Below are positions 1-11,631 of a DNA stretch of 47,870 bases, piece by piece. Positions within the stretch are counted from its first letter, which is position 1, and every line of letters begins with the position of its first letter. Below the pieces are notes generated by a model that saw nothing but the letters and a program-made list of their open reading frames with translations, searched no databases and was not told the origin of the DNA. Location of the stretch: NCBI GenBank assembly GCA_000697335.1, contig JNEM01009166.1:1-47870 (forward strand), in the 5' to 3' direction. Made by a program: the position numbers and the translations under genes. The DNA is from Conidiobolus incongruus B7586. Lineage: Eukaryota.

Positions 1-478
1 TATATTATATATTTATTTTTATATATCATATATTCAAATATTTATTTATTTTTAATTGCAAAAAATTCCCATTATTAAAAATGCAGAGTAATATATATTG
101 TTCTTTACCAATTGAAGATAATGATGTAATAAGAATAAATATAACATGATTTGTTAGATTGAAAATATAAAGTGGAATTTAATTGACTAGAAAACTAAAT
201 ATAGATTAGATTGGTATAATCAGATACTAAGCTATAAACATCAAAGAATTAAATAAATATGAAGTTCATTAACCAAAACTTGTTCATTATAGATTGAATT
301 TGAATTATGAAAAAATAATAACATAGTTTATGGCTATAAATATGCACTACGTTAATGTATGTTTACTTTTAGGAAGACTGTAACAAGAGATCATACAATG
401 TTCTACAAGATAAATTGTCCAAAGGATCAATATGATAATGTTTTAAAGTCAATATTAAACAAAATCAATTGAAAATAA

Positions 479-1742
479 TTAGTTAGTAGTCTCCTTAAGC
501 TCATTAAACATTTCCCAAACGCCATTCAAGCCTTCCTTCCATAAAGAAACAGTATTATCACCGCATGAAACAGCTAAAATGTTACCAGAGAGAGACCAGC
601 TGACGCGCCAGACGACATCAGGGAATCTATCAGCTTTAAGCGGAGTTTTAGTCCAAGGAGAGTTGGGTGAATCTTGAGTCCAAATGATGACAGTTTTATC
701 CTAATAAATGGTTAATATTTACAAAAATCAATTACGATATTAATTTTACTTGAGAGCAGGAGGCAATATAATTTCTAGGCATACCAACATTAGGAGCCCA
801 AGCAACATCTCTAACCCAGTCGCTGTGACCTTCTAAACCTGTTTCTTCTTCTTGCCAGCCGGAGGTTTCGTTCTTGTAAGTCCAAATCTTAACCAAGTTA
901 TCGCATCCAGCAGTTGCAAAACGTTTGACTTGCTGGATTTCAGAAGGATTTCCAGTGGATTGAGTCAAGGCACCAGGTGCAATTGCAGGGGCCCAGCTAA
1001 CGGCGTTACATCCAATGGCATGGGCATCGAAAACAGTGCTTTCCCAAGTTCCATCATCTAAAAAATTATTTAACAAGTGATTATAGGATAAATATCTTTG
1101 ATTTTTACCTCTGTAAGTAAGAACAGAAACTTTTCCATCTGATGAGGCACAAGCTAAAATAGGACCAAGTTCGTGAGGAGCCCAAGCAATAGAGTTGACT
1201 AAAATATTTTATATGAATAAAGTAATATTTTTATAAATATTTTTTGAATTTTCACCTGATGAAGAATGAGAAGAATGTTCTTTAATTTGAGTCCAGGTTC
1301 CGTTGGTTTCTTTCCAAATCAAAACTCTTCCATCATAAGAGCAAGAGGCTAAAATGTTTCCGAATTTGGGATGAGCCCAAGCAACTTGCCAAACGGGACC
1401 TTCATGACTAAAATATGTCAAAATATAATCCAAATTAAGTATATATATATAATAATTACCCATTAAGAACTTGGATGAGTTTTTGACTGTTTTCTTCAAC
1501 TTCAAATATCCTGATGCTTCTATCTGAGGAACAGGTAGCTAATCTTTTTCCATAAAAGTCCAATTGAGCATCATGCTAATTATTATTTAGTCATCAATCA
1601 ACTTAATTAAAATAATATAAAATTACAATCATATCTTCATGTTTGGAATCAAAAGTGTAGGCATTTGAAGCGGTAGTTGCAGCCTAATCATAACAATTAA
1701 TAAAGTTAAGTAATTAAAGATATTTAGACTAAAGCATACCAT
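479..1742 (-). CDS. SEC13: COPII/nuclear pore WD40 protein Sec13 (multi-exon; first exon is only the ATG)
   Basis: Spliced translation [38 protein letters not shown]...[25 protein letters not shown]...[13 protein letters not shown]... contains the Sec13 signature motifs. Short GT-AG introns join the ORF-track fragments; stop TAA at 481-479. Confidence 0.96.
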
Positions 1743-1914
1743 TGTGAATCTTTAAAAAAAATATTTAAAAAAATTAAGTATTGATTGATTGAAATTGGCT
1801 GAATATTCAAGTGATATTTTGTATGGATAAACAATGAATTTTGGGAATTAATCTAAATTCTAAGCTGACGTAGTGTGGACATTGATAATTGGATATTGAA
1901 TCTTTTCTTATCAA

Positions 1915-1922
1915 TCCCATAA
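1915..1922 (+). promoter_or_regulatory. Recurrent oriented promoter motif TCCCATAA (representative copy, upstream of RPB12)
   Basis: Exact intergenic copies at 1915, 5444-5451(-), 15333, 21189, 23434-23441(-), 29420, 34021 and 46996-47003(-), each on the sense strand of the downstream gene. Confidence 0.7.
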
Positions 1923-2006
1923 TTGTAACTTTGATATTGAAAACTGAAGAGGGGTTTATATTAACCTAAATTTGGTATTGAAAAAAATAAGAATTTCACA
2001 TTGAAA

Positions 2007-2225
2007 ATGTCTAATCTTCCAGAAAACAAACGTGGTGATTTAAACCAACTTGAATTGAAAACAGACCCCAGTACCGACCCTCCAGGTCACCTTCGTTATA
2101 TTTGTTCCGATTGTGGTAACCACAACCTCTTGAGCAGCAGCTCTCCCTTAAGATGTGCCAAATGTGCCCACCGTGTTCTTTTCAAATTCCGTACCAGACG
2201 TATGGTTCAATTTGAAGCTCGTTAA
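2007..2225 (+). CDS. RPB12: RNA polymerase I/II/III shared subunit RPABC4 (Rpb12/Rpc10), intronless
   Basis: Zn ribbon YICSDC...RCAKCAHRVLFKFRTRRMVQFEAR with the canonical QFEAR end. First ATG is at 2007 (the ORF track starts at TTG 2001). Confidence 0.95.
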   Translation: MSNLPENKRGDLNQLELKTDPSTDPPGHLRYICSDCGNHNLLSSSSPLRCAKCAHRVLFKFRTRRMVQFEAR

Positions 2226-2952
2226 AACCATCTTATTTAAAATTAATCTACATATATTAGTTTATGTTCCAATTAATACTTTAAATCTCTCCTGATAGTA
2301 ATAAATTCTGTAAAATATGATAGACAAATTGATATTGTTAATATATTTCAAATCCTTACTAGTTCCTATTATAATGAATTTATAGATTATTGTATTATTA
2401 ACTCAATGTCAGCATATATATTATCACTTATTTTTTAGACCCTTAATTTAATAATTAATTCCAGTTTGCCTATTTATATATTTACAATATTAGTAACTGG
2501 TTTATTTTAAAATATTTTATGTTTAGTAATATTATAAAGACTTTACAATATTTAGCTCAATAAATAATACTATCCATTCTATTTATTCACTATTTTCATT
2601 TATCAATTACTTATATCTAAGAAATATTATTAATAGTAGAACACAGCTAAAATAATATTGGTGATTTAAAAATTATTATTAAATCAGGTTTAATTCATTT
2701 AATTTTTTACAATTTTTTGAAATATAGTAATTAGTATCTAATATTTATTTATTAATAAAAAAATTATCATTGTTTTATGTAAAAATAGTGCGAAATTAAA
2801 TGAATAATATTATTATCGTATATCTCATTGTATAATTTTATTTGAAAATTAAAACATAATTATAATATATAAAATGACTTAAGTAAAACTCTAGTTATAT
2901 GTATATAAAACGCAACTAATACAATCTATTAAGTGGTCTATAAATTAAATGA

Positions 2953-5355
2953 TTAACGTCTCTTTTTCTTTCCTTTAGCAGCTTGACGTTTCTCAGCTCT
3001 TAATTCTTTCTTCATACGAGGATCAACCATTTTGTAACGACCTTTGACACCGTTTGGTCTACCCTTAATTCCTTTAGCGCTACCCTTAGCAACAACCAAC
3101 TTGACCTTGGATTTCTTGGTGGGTTTAGCTTTCTTAGTCATTAGTTTTTCAATCGTTGAAGCCTTCTCCTTCTCTGTCATATCTTCACTGTCGGCAATTT
3201 GAGAAGCTTTCTTAGTCAATTTAGCTAAGCGTTGAGCTGCCTTGAGCTTCTTTCTAGCTTTAGCTTCGGCAATCTTCTTAATGGGGCGAGCATCCAAAGC
3301 CTTCATTCTATCGCGGAATTCCCTGACAGCCTCCTTGGTGACAGGAAGAATAGGGCGATAGTGTTGCTTTTCATCGTCTAAGAACCAAGCGGGAAGATTT
3401 TCGGAATCATTAAAAGAATAACGGTTGAAACCGTCGTCAATGACTTCAGCTGTCGTCTTCTGTTTGTTAACAATTTGCATAGCCAATGTCAAGGCTTCTG
3501 GAGTATCTAAATCTAATTCTTTCTGCTCTTTCTCCAATTGTTTTTGAGCAGCAATATCGATGGCTTGCTTTTTGGATTCTAATTCATCATCAGACTCAGC
3601 TTCATCAAGGTCAGAAAATTGATCTTCATTTTCATTATTTTGAGTCGATTTTTGGGACTTTTCGAGCTTGCGCTTTTTAGAGGTAGTGGTGCTATCGATA
3701 TATTGGTGATCTAAGGAGTTAAAGATGGGTTGATCAAAGAACATAGAAGCTGATGATGACAATTGGTTCGATGGTTTTTCACTAGTTTCGGCATCTGAAT
3801 CAGAATCAGAGTCAGAATCGTCAATGACTTCTTTATTAGGATAACCGCCAGCATCGTCAGAGTCATCAGTGTCAACATCGTGGGCAGCGTCTTCACCAAA
3901 TCCATGCCATTCTTCATACTTCTTCATCGATTCTCTCAAATGTTGCTTACGGTCATTCATTTTAGATTGGTAATGTTCGTACATAGCATCAAGTGAATCT
4001 CCGAGGCGATCTACTTCATCTTCGCTGTCAACCTCTTCATAATCCTCTTCAACTTCAGATTCAGAGTCAATTGACCTCATATCTTCTTCAGTATCCATAT
4101 TCCCAGAAAGAGCAGTAGCAAGCTTCTTGGAGTGAGATTTAGAGTCAGAATGGAAAGCAGATTCAGTTTGCTCCATACCAATATCAGTAGGAGTGATCAT
4201 ATTGAGTTGGAGTTTAACCATCTCTTTAGCTTTCTTCTCACGGACCTTACGCTTCTTTTTACGCTCTTGAGCACGAGCTTGTTCGGCCAATTTTTCGAGT
4301 TCTTCAGCAATATCAATCTCTTCGACAGTTTCAACTTTTTCGGCATCATCTTTCTTTTCAGGCTCAGGATTCAATTTCTTGACCATTTTAGTGCGCCATT
4401 TCAAGAGTTCTTTGAAATCTTTTTTGCCTAATACTTTAAGATCTTTACAGATGTCTTTGATATCTTCAGTGGTGAGTGGATCATTGAATAAAGGTTTGCT
4501 GAATTCAGAGTCGAAAACTAAAGAATTTAAACCAACTAAAAATGCTATAGGGTCTTCAGCCTCAATGAATTTTTGAATATCTTCGGTCTTATATTGAGTG
4601 TAGTTTCCATCTTCGTAACCATCACGGTGTCTAGTCTTTTTGGTAACTTCAAAGATGTTCAAAGATGAAGCGGGCTTGGAAGCTAAATCATTTTCTAATT
4701 CTTTGAAGACATATTTAGGATCTAAAAATTTGGGATCGATCTTTTTGGGGGCTAAGAAATCTCTACAAACAACGAAAATTTCTGCAGAAACATTACGAGA
4801 GGATGGAGGTTTTGTAGCTTCAACTTTAGTGAAAAGTTGGTTAAAAATCCAGATCAAGTTGTTGTAATCCTTAGAACGGAAAACTTTGGTAACAAAAGTA
4901 CCACCCTTGGTCAAAAATTCAACAGCTAATTTGAAAGACATTAATACTAATTCGGACTGAGTGTAGGCATCTTGAAGCCAAGCAGTACCGACATTAGGAG
5001 CACCATCATGAATAACTACATCAGCTTTCCAAGTCTTTAAAGTGGCACGAAGTTGAGAACGACATTTTTCCGTAGTAATGTCTTCTTGGAAAGTAATACA
5101 GTTATGGATAGGTTTGATAGGACACAAGTCAACACCGACAATCAAACTTTCCATAGGCATATATTTGGCTGCAACCTGCAACCAACCACCAGGAGCTGCA
5201 CAAAGATCGATTAAACATCTTGCGCTACTTAAAAAGTCATATTTCTTATTGAGTTGAATTAATTTGAAAGCGGCACGGGAACGATAACCTTGTTCTTTGG
5301 CAAAGTGATAGTACTTATCCAAACGTCCCTTTCCGACCTTTTTTTTAACACCCAT
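2953..5355 (-). CDS. SPB1: 27S pre-rRNA 2'-O-methyltransferase Spb1 (FtsJ family), intronless
   Basis: GKGRLDKYY...GYRSRAAFKL, SAM motif DLCAAPGGW, HDGAPNVG, KPPSSRNVSAE; C-terminus GVKGRYKMVDPRMKKELRA. Confidence 0.97.
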   Translation of the reverse strand: MGVKKKVGKGRLDKYYHFAKEQGYRSRAAFKLIQLNKKYDFLSSARCLIDLCAAPGGWLQVAAKYMPMESLIVGVDLCPIKPIHNCITFQEDITTEKCRSQLRATLKTWKADVVIHDGAPNVGTAWLQDAYTQSELVLMSFKLAVEFLTKGGTFVTKVFRSKDYNNLIWIFNQLFTKVEATKPPSSRNVSAEIFVVCRDFLAPKKIDPKFLDPKYVFKELENDLASKPASSLNIFEVTKKTRHRDGYEDGNYTQYKTEDIQKFIEAEDPIAFLVGLNSLVFDSEFSKPLFNDPLTTEDIKDICKDLKVLGKKDFKELLKWRTKMVKKLNPEPEKKDDAEKVETVEEIDIAEELEKLAEQARAQERKKKRKVREKKAKEMVKLQLNMITPTDIGMEQTESAFHSDSKSHSKKLATALSGNMDTEEDMRSIDSESEVEEDYEEVDSEDEVDRLGDSLDAMYEHYQSKMNDRKQHLRESMKKYEEWHGFGEDAAHDVDTDDSDDAGGYPNKEVIDDSDSDSDSDAETSEKPSNQLSSSASMFFDQPIFNSLDHQYIDSTTTSKKRKLEKSQKSTQNNENEDQFSDLDEAESDDELESKKQAIDIAAQKQLEKEQKELDLDTPEALTLAMQIVNKQKTTAEVIDDGFNRYSFNDSENLPAWFLDDEKQHYRPILPVTKEAVREFRDRMKALDARPIKKIAEAKARKKLKAAQRLAKLTKKASQIADSEDMTEKEKASTIEKLMTKKAKPTKKSKVKLVVAKGSAKGIKGRPNGVKGRYKMVDPRMKKELRAEKRQAAKGKKKRR

Positions 5356-6287
5356 TTTTTAATTTTCTTTATATATTTAATGAATGTCAATTTTTATAAT
5401 ATTTTTGTAGAAGCCTTTTGTATTGTTACTATTTGTAATAATTTTATGGGACATTAAATGTTTATTCCTAATTTTTAATGATTCAAATATCTTCTCTTAA
5501 TAGTATATCTATAATAATTTTATTAAAAAAGAAAAATACATTGATTCTGAATCAAATATCTGTTAGCATATAATAACTCAAAACACTAATACTATGTTGG
5601 TCATTAATATCAGTGATTATTGGTTAAATATTCATAATAAAAAAATTTTGAAAATATAATTAATAGTTAAATTTGGAAACCTCATTAGTTATAATAATTT
5701 CTTATAATTTTAAAATTATGCAAATTATATAAATATTTAAATCATGGTTAGGAATCAATATTTTTTAATAATAATGGATAATATATATTTACGAATTTAT
5801 TATATCTGTTAAAATTTACTAAAACTTAAAATGAATAAATCATCAAACCCATAATCAGTGTATATATTATAATGGTATATTTAAAAATTATTATATACCA
5901 ATATAAATCAATAATATATCACCCAATCCAAAATATTTTAAATAATTTGTAATACCATCTAAGAATACCCATTTCACTCTACGCCGAAATTTAATAATTA
6001 TTAATTACATGAATATGATTCAATGATTTTGATTTTAAAATAATGATATTATGATATAATGTGGTCGATGAAAAAAATCTAGAGTTGGTTATAATGATAT
6101 TTCAGTATGGACAATATATATATTATACAGTTATCTGATAAGATTGGTGATACATATATAAATGGTAGTATGCTGAAGAAAAAATAAAAGATCAAATGAA
6201 TTTTTTTATAAGTCAAAACAATTGAATCAAAAATGAGAATTATATATGGATAATGCCATTCAGATGCTATAAATTCACAAATTTCAA

Positions 6288-6360
6288 GGGGAATTAGCTC
6301 AAATGGTAGAGCGCTCGCTTAGCATGCGAGAGGCACGGGGATCGATACCCCGATTCTCCA
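6288..6360 (+). tRNA. tRNA-Ala (anticodon AGC), intronless
   Basis: GGGGAAT/ATTCTCC acceptor stem with discriminator A; D arm AGCTCAAATGGTAGAGC; anticodon arm CTCGC-TTAGCAT-GCGAG; T loop GGATCGATACC (the ATCG variant seen in eukaryotic tRNA-Ala). Confidence 0.97.
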
Positions 6361-6365
6361 TTTTT
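6361..6365 (+). terminator. RNA polymerase III oligo-T terminator of tRNA-Ala
   Basis: Run of 5 T immediately after the discriminator base. Confidence 0.8.
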
Positions 6366-6752
6366 AAATGGTTGATAATTAGGGAATGATACTCTTCAAA
6401 TTAATTTTCAATACAATTTTCAAATTAAAATATTACAATATATATATTTTATTTTATTTATATTCTGATGTTCAAAATTTTTAATATATTTGAAAAATCA
6501 GAAATTAAAAAAAGTACTATTTTCTTATTTTCTAACCTTATATTTAATAGATTCATTTCTTGAATTTTGTTGATTTTTGAATATTTAATGGTGTTGGATA
6601 ATTTCAATTCCTAATACTTATTACTTGGGATAAGGTTTATATGAATTTATTGTTCTAGTATTATGGGGTTTGAAATAAATTGTAAACAATTACTGCTACT
6701 AAAATAATCTGAAATTTTATACTCTTTATTACAATATAGACCAAGGAATTAA

Positions 6753-9520
6753 TTATTTTTGTAAAGAAGCCAAATACTCGTTGTGAAGTTTAGCTTGTTG
6801 ATCGTACTCCTTGATTAATTTTTTACTCTTGGATTTGGCAATTTCATTACCATCTTTATCATGGGTGGGAATACCTCTTTCATCCCATTGGCTATATTCT
6901 TCGGTGCGGAAAAGTTCGGAAGGAGGAGTCTTACCCTTTTCCAGTCTTTCGCGTCTCTTAGCTTCTTGAGCCTGTTGTTGAGCTAATTTTCTAGCTAATT
7001 TTTCTTGTTCTTGCTTTTGCTTCAACTCTCTAGCTTTAATCAATTCTTCTCTATCAACCAACTTGACTAAAGCTTTACCATCTTCACGATCGTCTAAGAC
7101 AACACCCAAATCAACCAAATCGTTGTCACGAAGCTGATCACAGATAGCTAAAATTTGCTTTGCATCAGCACCGCCACGAGCTAAAGCGCGAATATTATCA
7201 CGGAATGAAGATAAAACTCGGAGATAAGGCATGACGGTGTCTTCGAGGTTAGCGCCTGATTGATTGGTAGAGGTCAATCCAATTTCATGGCCACGGTTAG
7301 TTAAACCGAAAATCTAAATATACTGGGTTAGAATATATAAATAGGATGTACATTATAAGTAATGCTTACAGTTAAGATTCTGGTGACATATTTGGCAATC
7401 TGAGTAATTAATTCATGATTGACAACTTGACCAGAGGTGCGAATTTGACCAATGTAAACATTAGTGCGATTAATAAGTTCAGTAAGAGCCTTGATGGCGC
7501 TAGGAGTATTGAAAGAATCGCAAAGGGCGGAATGCAAATCGGCTTGCTTTTCTCTGAACCTTTTGAAAATTAGTGTTAAATTAAAATTAATATTAGTAAT
7601 TTAACTTACCAACTATCAAGTTGTTTTTCCTGATCCTTGTAATTATTTTCACCAGTAAATTCAAGGTTAGAAGATTTAGCTTCTTGAATTAATGCTTTAG
7701 CATTGATTAAGAAGTTGTTAAATAACTTTTCATTATTAATGGCTTCTTCCATTGAAGATTGTTTGAAATCCATGCCACTATCCCATTGGTGCATTAAGAA
7801 AGTAAGACGGAGTTGTCTGGGAGTATATCTGTTCAATGCTTCCTTAATAGTAATAAAGTTTTTCAATGATTTGGACATCTTTTGGCCTTCAATGTGTAAG
7901 TGACCGGTATGGAAGAAGTAGTTGACCCATTGAGGGCATCCGTGACAAGCTTCAGATTGAGCTAATTCATTGTCATGGTGAGGGAAAGCTAAATCTTCAC
8001 CTCCAGAGTGGATATCCATGGTAGTACCAAAGATTTCGCTAGCCATAGCAGAACATTCAATGTGCCAACCAGGACGACCTTGACCCCAAGGAGAATCCCA
8101 GAAAGGTTCTCCAGGCTTAGACTTCTTCCAAAGAGCGAAATCGGAGGGATTCCTCTTGCCAGTGAGTTTGGCACCGAGAGAACCTTCTCCTTCCTCAATG
8201 AGGGATAAATTATTAGCAGAGTTTGGTTCCAATTTGGCATAGTAGTGGTTGGGATTGGCATCAAAAGCAGCAGTATCGAAATAAACGGAACCATCGACTT
8301 CGTAACCGTATCCATTAGCAATAATTCCCTCGACAAAGGTAATAATTTCAGGGACATATTCACTGACTCGAGTCATGACATCAGCAGGTAATACATTCAA
8401 AGATTCCATATCTTGTAAGAAATCATTTTCCCAATAAGCAGCGAGTTCTCTAAAGATTTTAGGATCAGTGACTGAATCTTTTTTCTAATTAAAATGATTA
8501 GACATGTAGTTATGATCAATAGAATAAATCAAATAATTTACCTCAGCATCTAACCAAGCGCTAAGTATATCCTTAGAGTTTTCTAACCATTCTTTGATTT
8601 GGTCCTGGGACCATTTACTGGCAGTAGCTAAGTCATTCTTTACTTGATCAATGGCTTGGCGGGAAGCTAACTGAAGTTCGAAGTTAATAAAAATAAATGG
8701 ATGTTATATATGATAACATACAGCAGCCTTATAGTTCATAATTAATTTGGGATCAACACCTTCTTTGTCAAGTTGAGAAGCAACTGAATCTAGATCAGTA
8801 GACTTTAATTTATCATTGGCGAATAGTTGGAAGGCATTTTCAAGATCATCAATTAAGTTTTGATCAACTAAAGTTTTTGATTGAACGTATTGATTATAAA
8901 GATAGTGCTGTCTAGCTCTCAAAATAATCTATAAATTCAAATAAATAAATAAAAATTAATACTATAATAGTAATAAATTTACTTTATCGTCGATATCAGT
9001 AATATTCATAACAAATTGAACATCATAACCAAAGTAATCAGTCAAAATTCTTCTAAGAATATCAATAGTGACATAATTTCTATTTAAATTAATATGGTTA
9101 ATAAATTAAATATCTATATTATTACAAATCAATGAATATTCAATATTATTTTTACTAACCTAGCGTGACCCATATGAGCAGCGTCATAGACAGTAGGACC
9201 ACAATTATACCATTTGACTAATTTTCCTTTGGAAGGAATAAAAGGAACCTATTAATAGTAATAAGTATTGAATTAAATATTAAATTAATTGGAATTACTT
9301 TGGATTTGGTTAAAGTGTTATAAACTTTGAGTTGAATATTATCTTGATCAGGATTAACAGGAGCAGTCCATTTAGGAAGCTCTCTAGTAAGTTTCTCTTG
9401 GGTAGGTGAGGTGGTCATAATAGAACGGAATAATATATTTGATTGATACTTAGATTTTAATTTATTAATACAGATAGGTTGTAATACTTTATATATTGTT
9501 GAAATTCTACGATTGATCAT
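6753..9520 (-). CDS. CRS1: Cysteinyl-tRNA synthetase, multi-exon, with two in-frame ATGs (9520 and 9418)
   Basis: [18 protein letters not shown] (HIGH-type), [46 protein letters not shown]; eukaryotic C-terminal extension [11 protein letters not shown]. Confidence 0.96.
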
Positions 9521-11631
9521 GGAATTCAAACAATGAATACTGGATTTTTTTTTGGTTAATGGGTTTATTTATTGTCATTTATTCCTTTCTGAATAATAAA
9601 ATGTGGGATTAATTGATGATGCCATTCTTAAAATTATGATCAAATTTAAACTAAGTAATTTTAATATATTAGTTTCCTTAATTGTATTAATAAATGGTTG
9701 ATAAATTCTTAAATTCTTAAATTCTTAAATTATAAATTTAAAATACACATTACTATATTGATATTAAAAGAGTAAATTGTTATTTTATTATATTTATTAT
9801 AAACGATATTCTAATTGCTATATAAGAACTTCGTAACGATATATTCCTAAAAATTATTCATAAATAAAAAGGCATTCAGATATTATATATGGAAATAAAT
9901 CCATACTAAATTTATATTATTATTGATAGTGAATGAAGTTTAAAATATCACATTATGATATTATACAATATAGTCATATGTCACATTTTGTAAATACCAT
10001 GAATTATTTAGAAAGCATTATAATGGTAAAATGTAATAGCTGATATATATAATATATGATATTAAATTAATAATATATTGAATGAAATATTGATAAATAT
10101 TAAAATTAGTTTTATTAGATATTATATATATTCAAGATTACTAAACATCTTAATTTAATAAACCAGCAATGGTTTTATTTGATCATTTTATATATAAACT
10201 CACTTACACATCATTGAGAGACAACTACTCAAATTTAAAACAATTTGAGTATTGTATTTGATTGAATTTTTTTCATAACTTTAAATATATTGCTTCTGAT
10301 AAATTAACAATAATGACATCAAAGTTAAAATTCAATGATTATCACAATTTATTAAATTCATAATATTAGAATTGATGCTCAATTATTATAATAATTTGAA
10401 TATTGATAATTCATTCAAAATAATTACAATAATCATAACTAAGATTCAATTTTCGTTTTAAGTTATAATATCAAATTGTTTGTACTTTATATTCGATATA
10501 TAAATAATGAAAGTTTCGATTTTTTAACAGAAAATAACTGTTTAAAAATTATCATTATATATATTACTAATTAATATTTAAAAATACCTCATATGTTGAA
10601 AGAAATTAATATGTTTAGATGTATTTCTTAATAATTATAATTATTTAATTGATTCCATATTTTAAAATGACTATTGATTGAAAAATTTTCATAGATGGAT
10701 TTTAAAGATCTATATCAATCAAATTTAGAATTTCAAATATTATATTGAAAATATAAATATATAATGTATTATAATTATGAATTCAAATTTGTTCTGTTAA
10801 ACCATCAAAAATATTGAATATATCAGGATGAATATTAAATATTAATCGTTAGACAGCTATACTTTTAATAGAGTATAAATTTAATCTGATATCTTAATAG
10901 AAACAATTGTAACAGAGTGTAAAAATTTAAAGTATTGTTAGAACAGCAGTTACCTGAATTAAAACTGAAAATTCATTATTCCATATAGATAATAGATTCA
11001 ACTATAAATGTATTTTTATATCAAATTCCTAGAAATATTATATCGTTAACAAGATTAATCTTTATTAACCTTTTTAGAATATTAAACTCATGTAATACAA
11101 ATTTATCAATTAATGATCATAGAATTTCAAATATATTGAATGTATGAATTAATATTAATGCAAACTATATATAATAAAAACCAAATTAGAAAAGATAAGG
11201 AAATAATGATATCAAAATAAATTTTATATACTGGGTAATGAAAGTATTAAATTACTGCATGAGTTGCAATCAATTTTATTATAGCAAATGGGAGTGTAAA
11301 GTTTCATGAGGAATAAGAAAAAAAATCATATATAGTACAAGATTTTAATTTTAGAGGAGATGAAGGGATTGGGGATAAAAATACATTAGAAAGGTAGATT
11401 TATTTTAGGGAAGGAGAATAGTCAAAATAATAATTAAAGATTATACGTCACTTCGAAATAGATAAATTTAGAGAGGAAGAGGGAGAGTCTATGACGTAAA
11501 TAAAAGGGGAATTTTTAAAACATAGTATAATAATAAAGGAACAAGTGCAAATGATATTCATTAATGAAGGATATTATAAACTACGTTATTGATAACAAAT
11601 AACGAATTTATGAATAATTGGACTTAGCTAT

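Noticed and set aside
3486..4867. Several short ORFs overlapping SPB1 (also those overlapping SEC13, CRS1, KAP95, MET30, GPI17)
   Set aside because: Antisense or off-frame shadows of well-supported genes, with no recognisable motifs.
9702..10251. (TAAATTCT)x3 tandem at ~9702-9731 and a 10-bp inverted repeat at 10226-10251
   Set aside because: Short, low-complexity and expected at this AT content; no CRISPR-like spacer structure.
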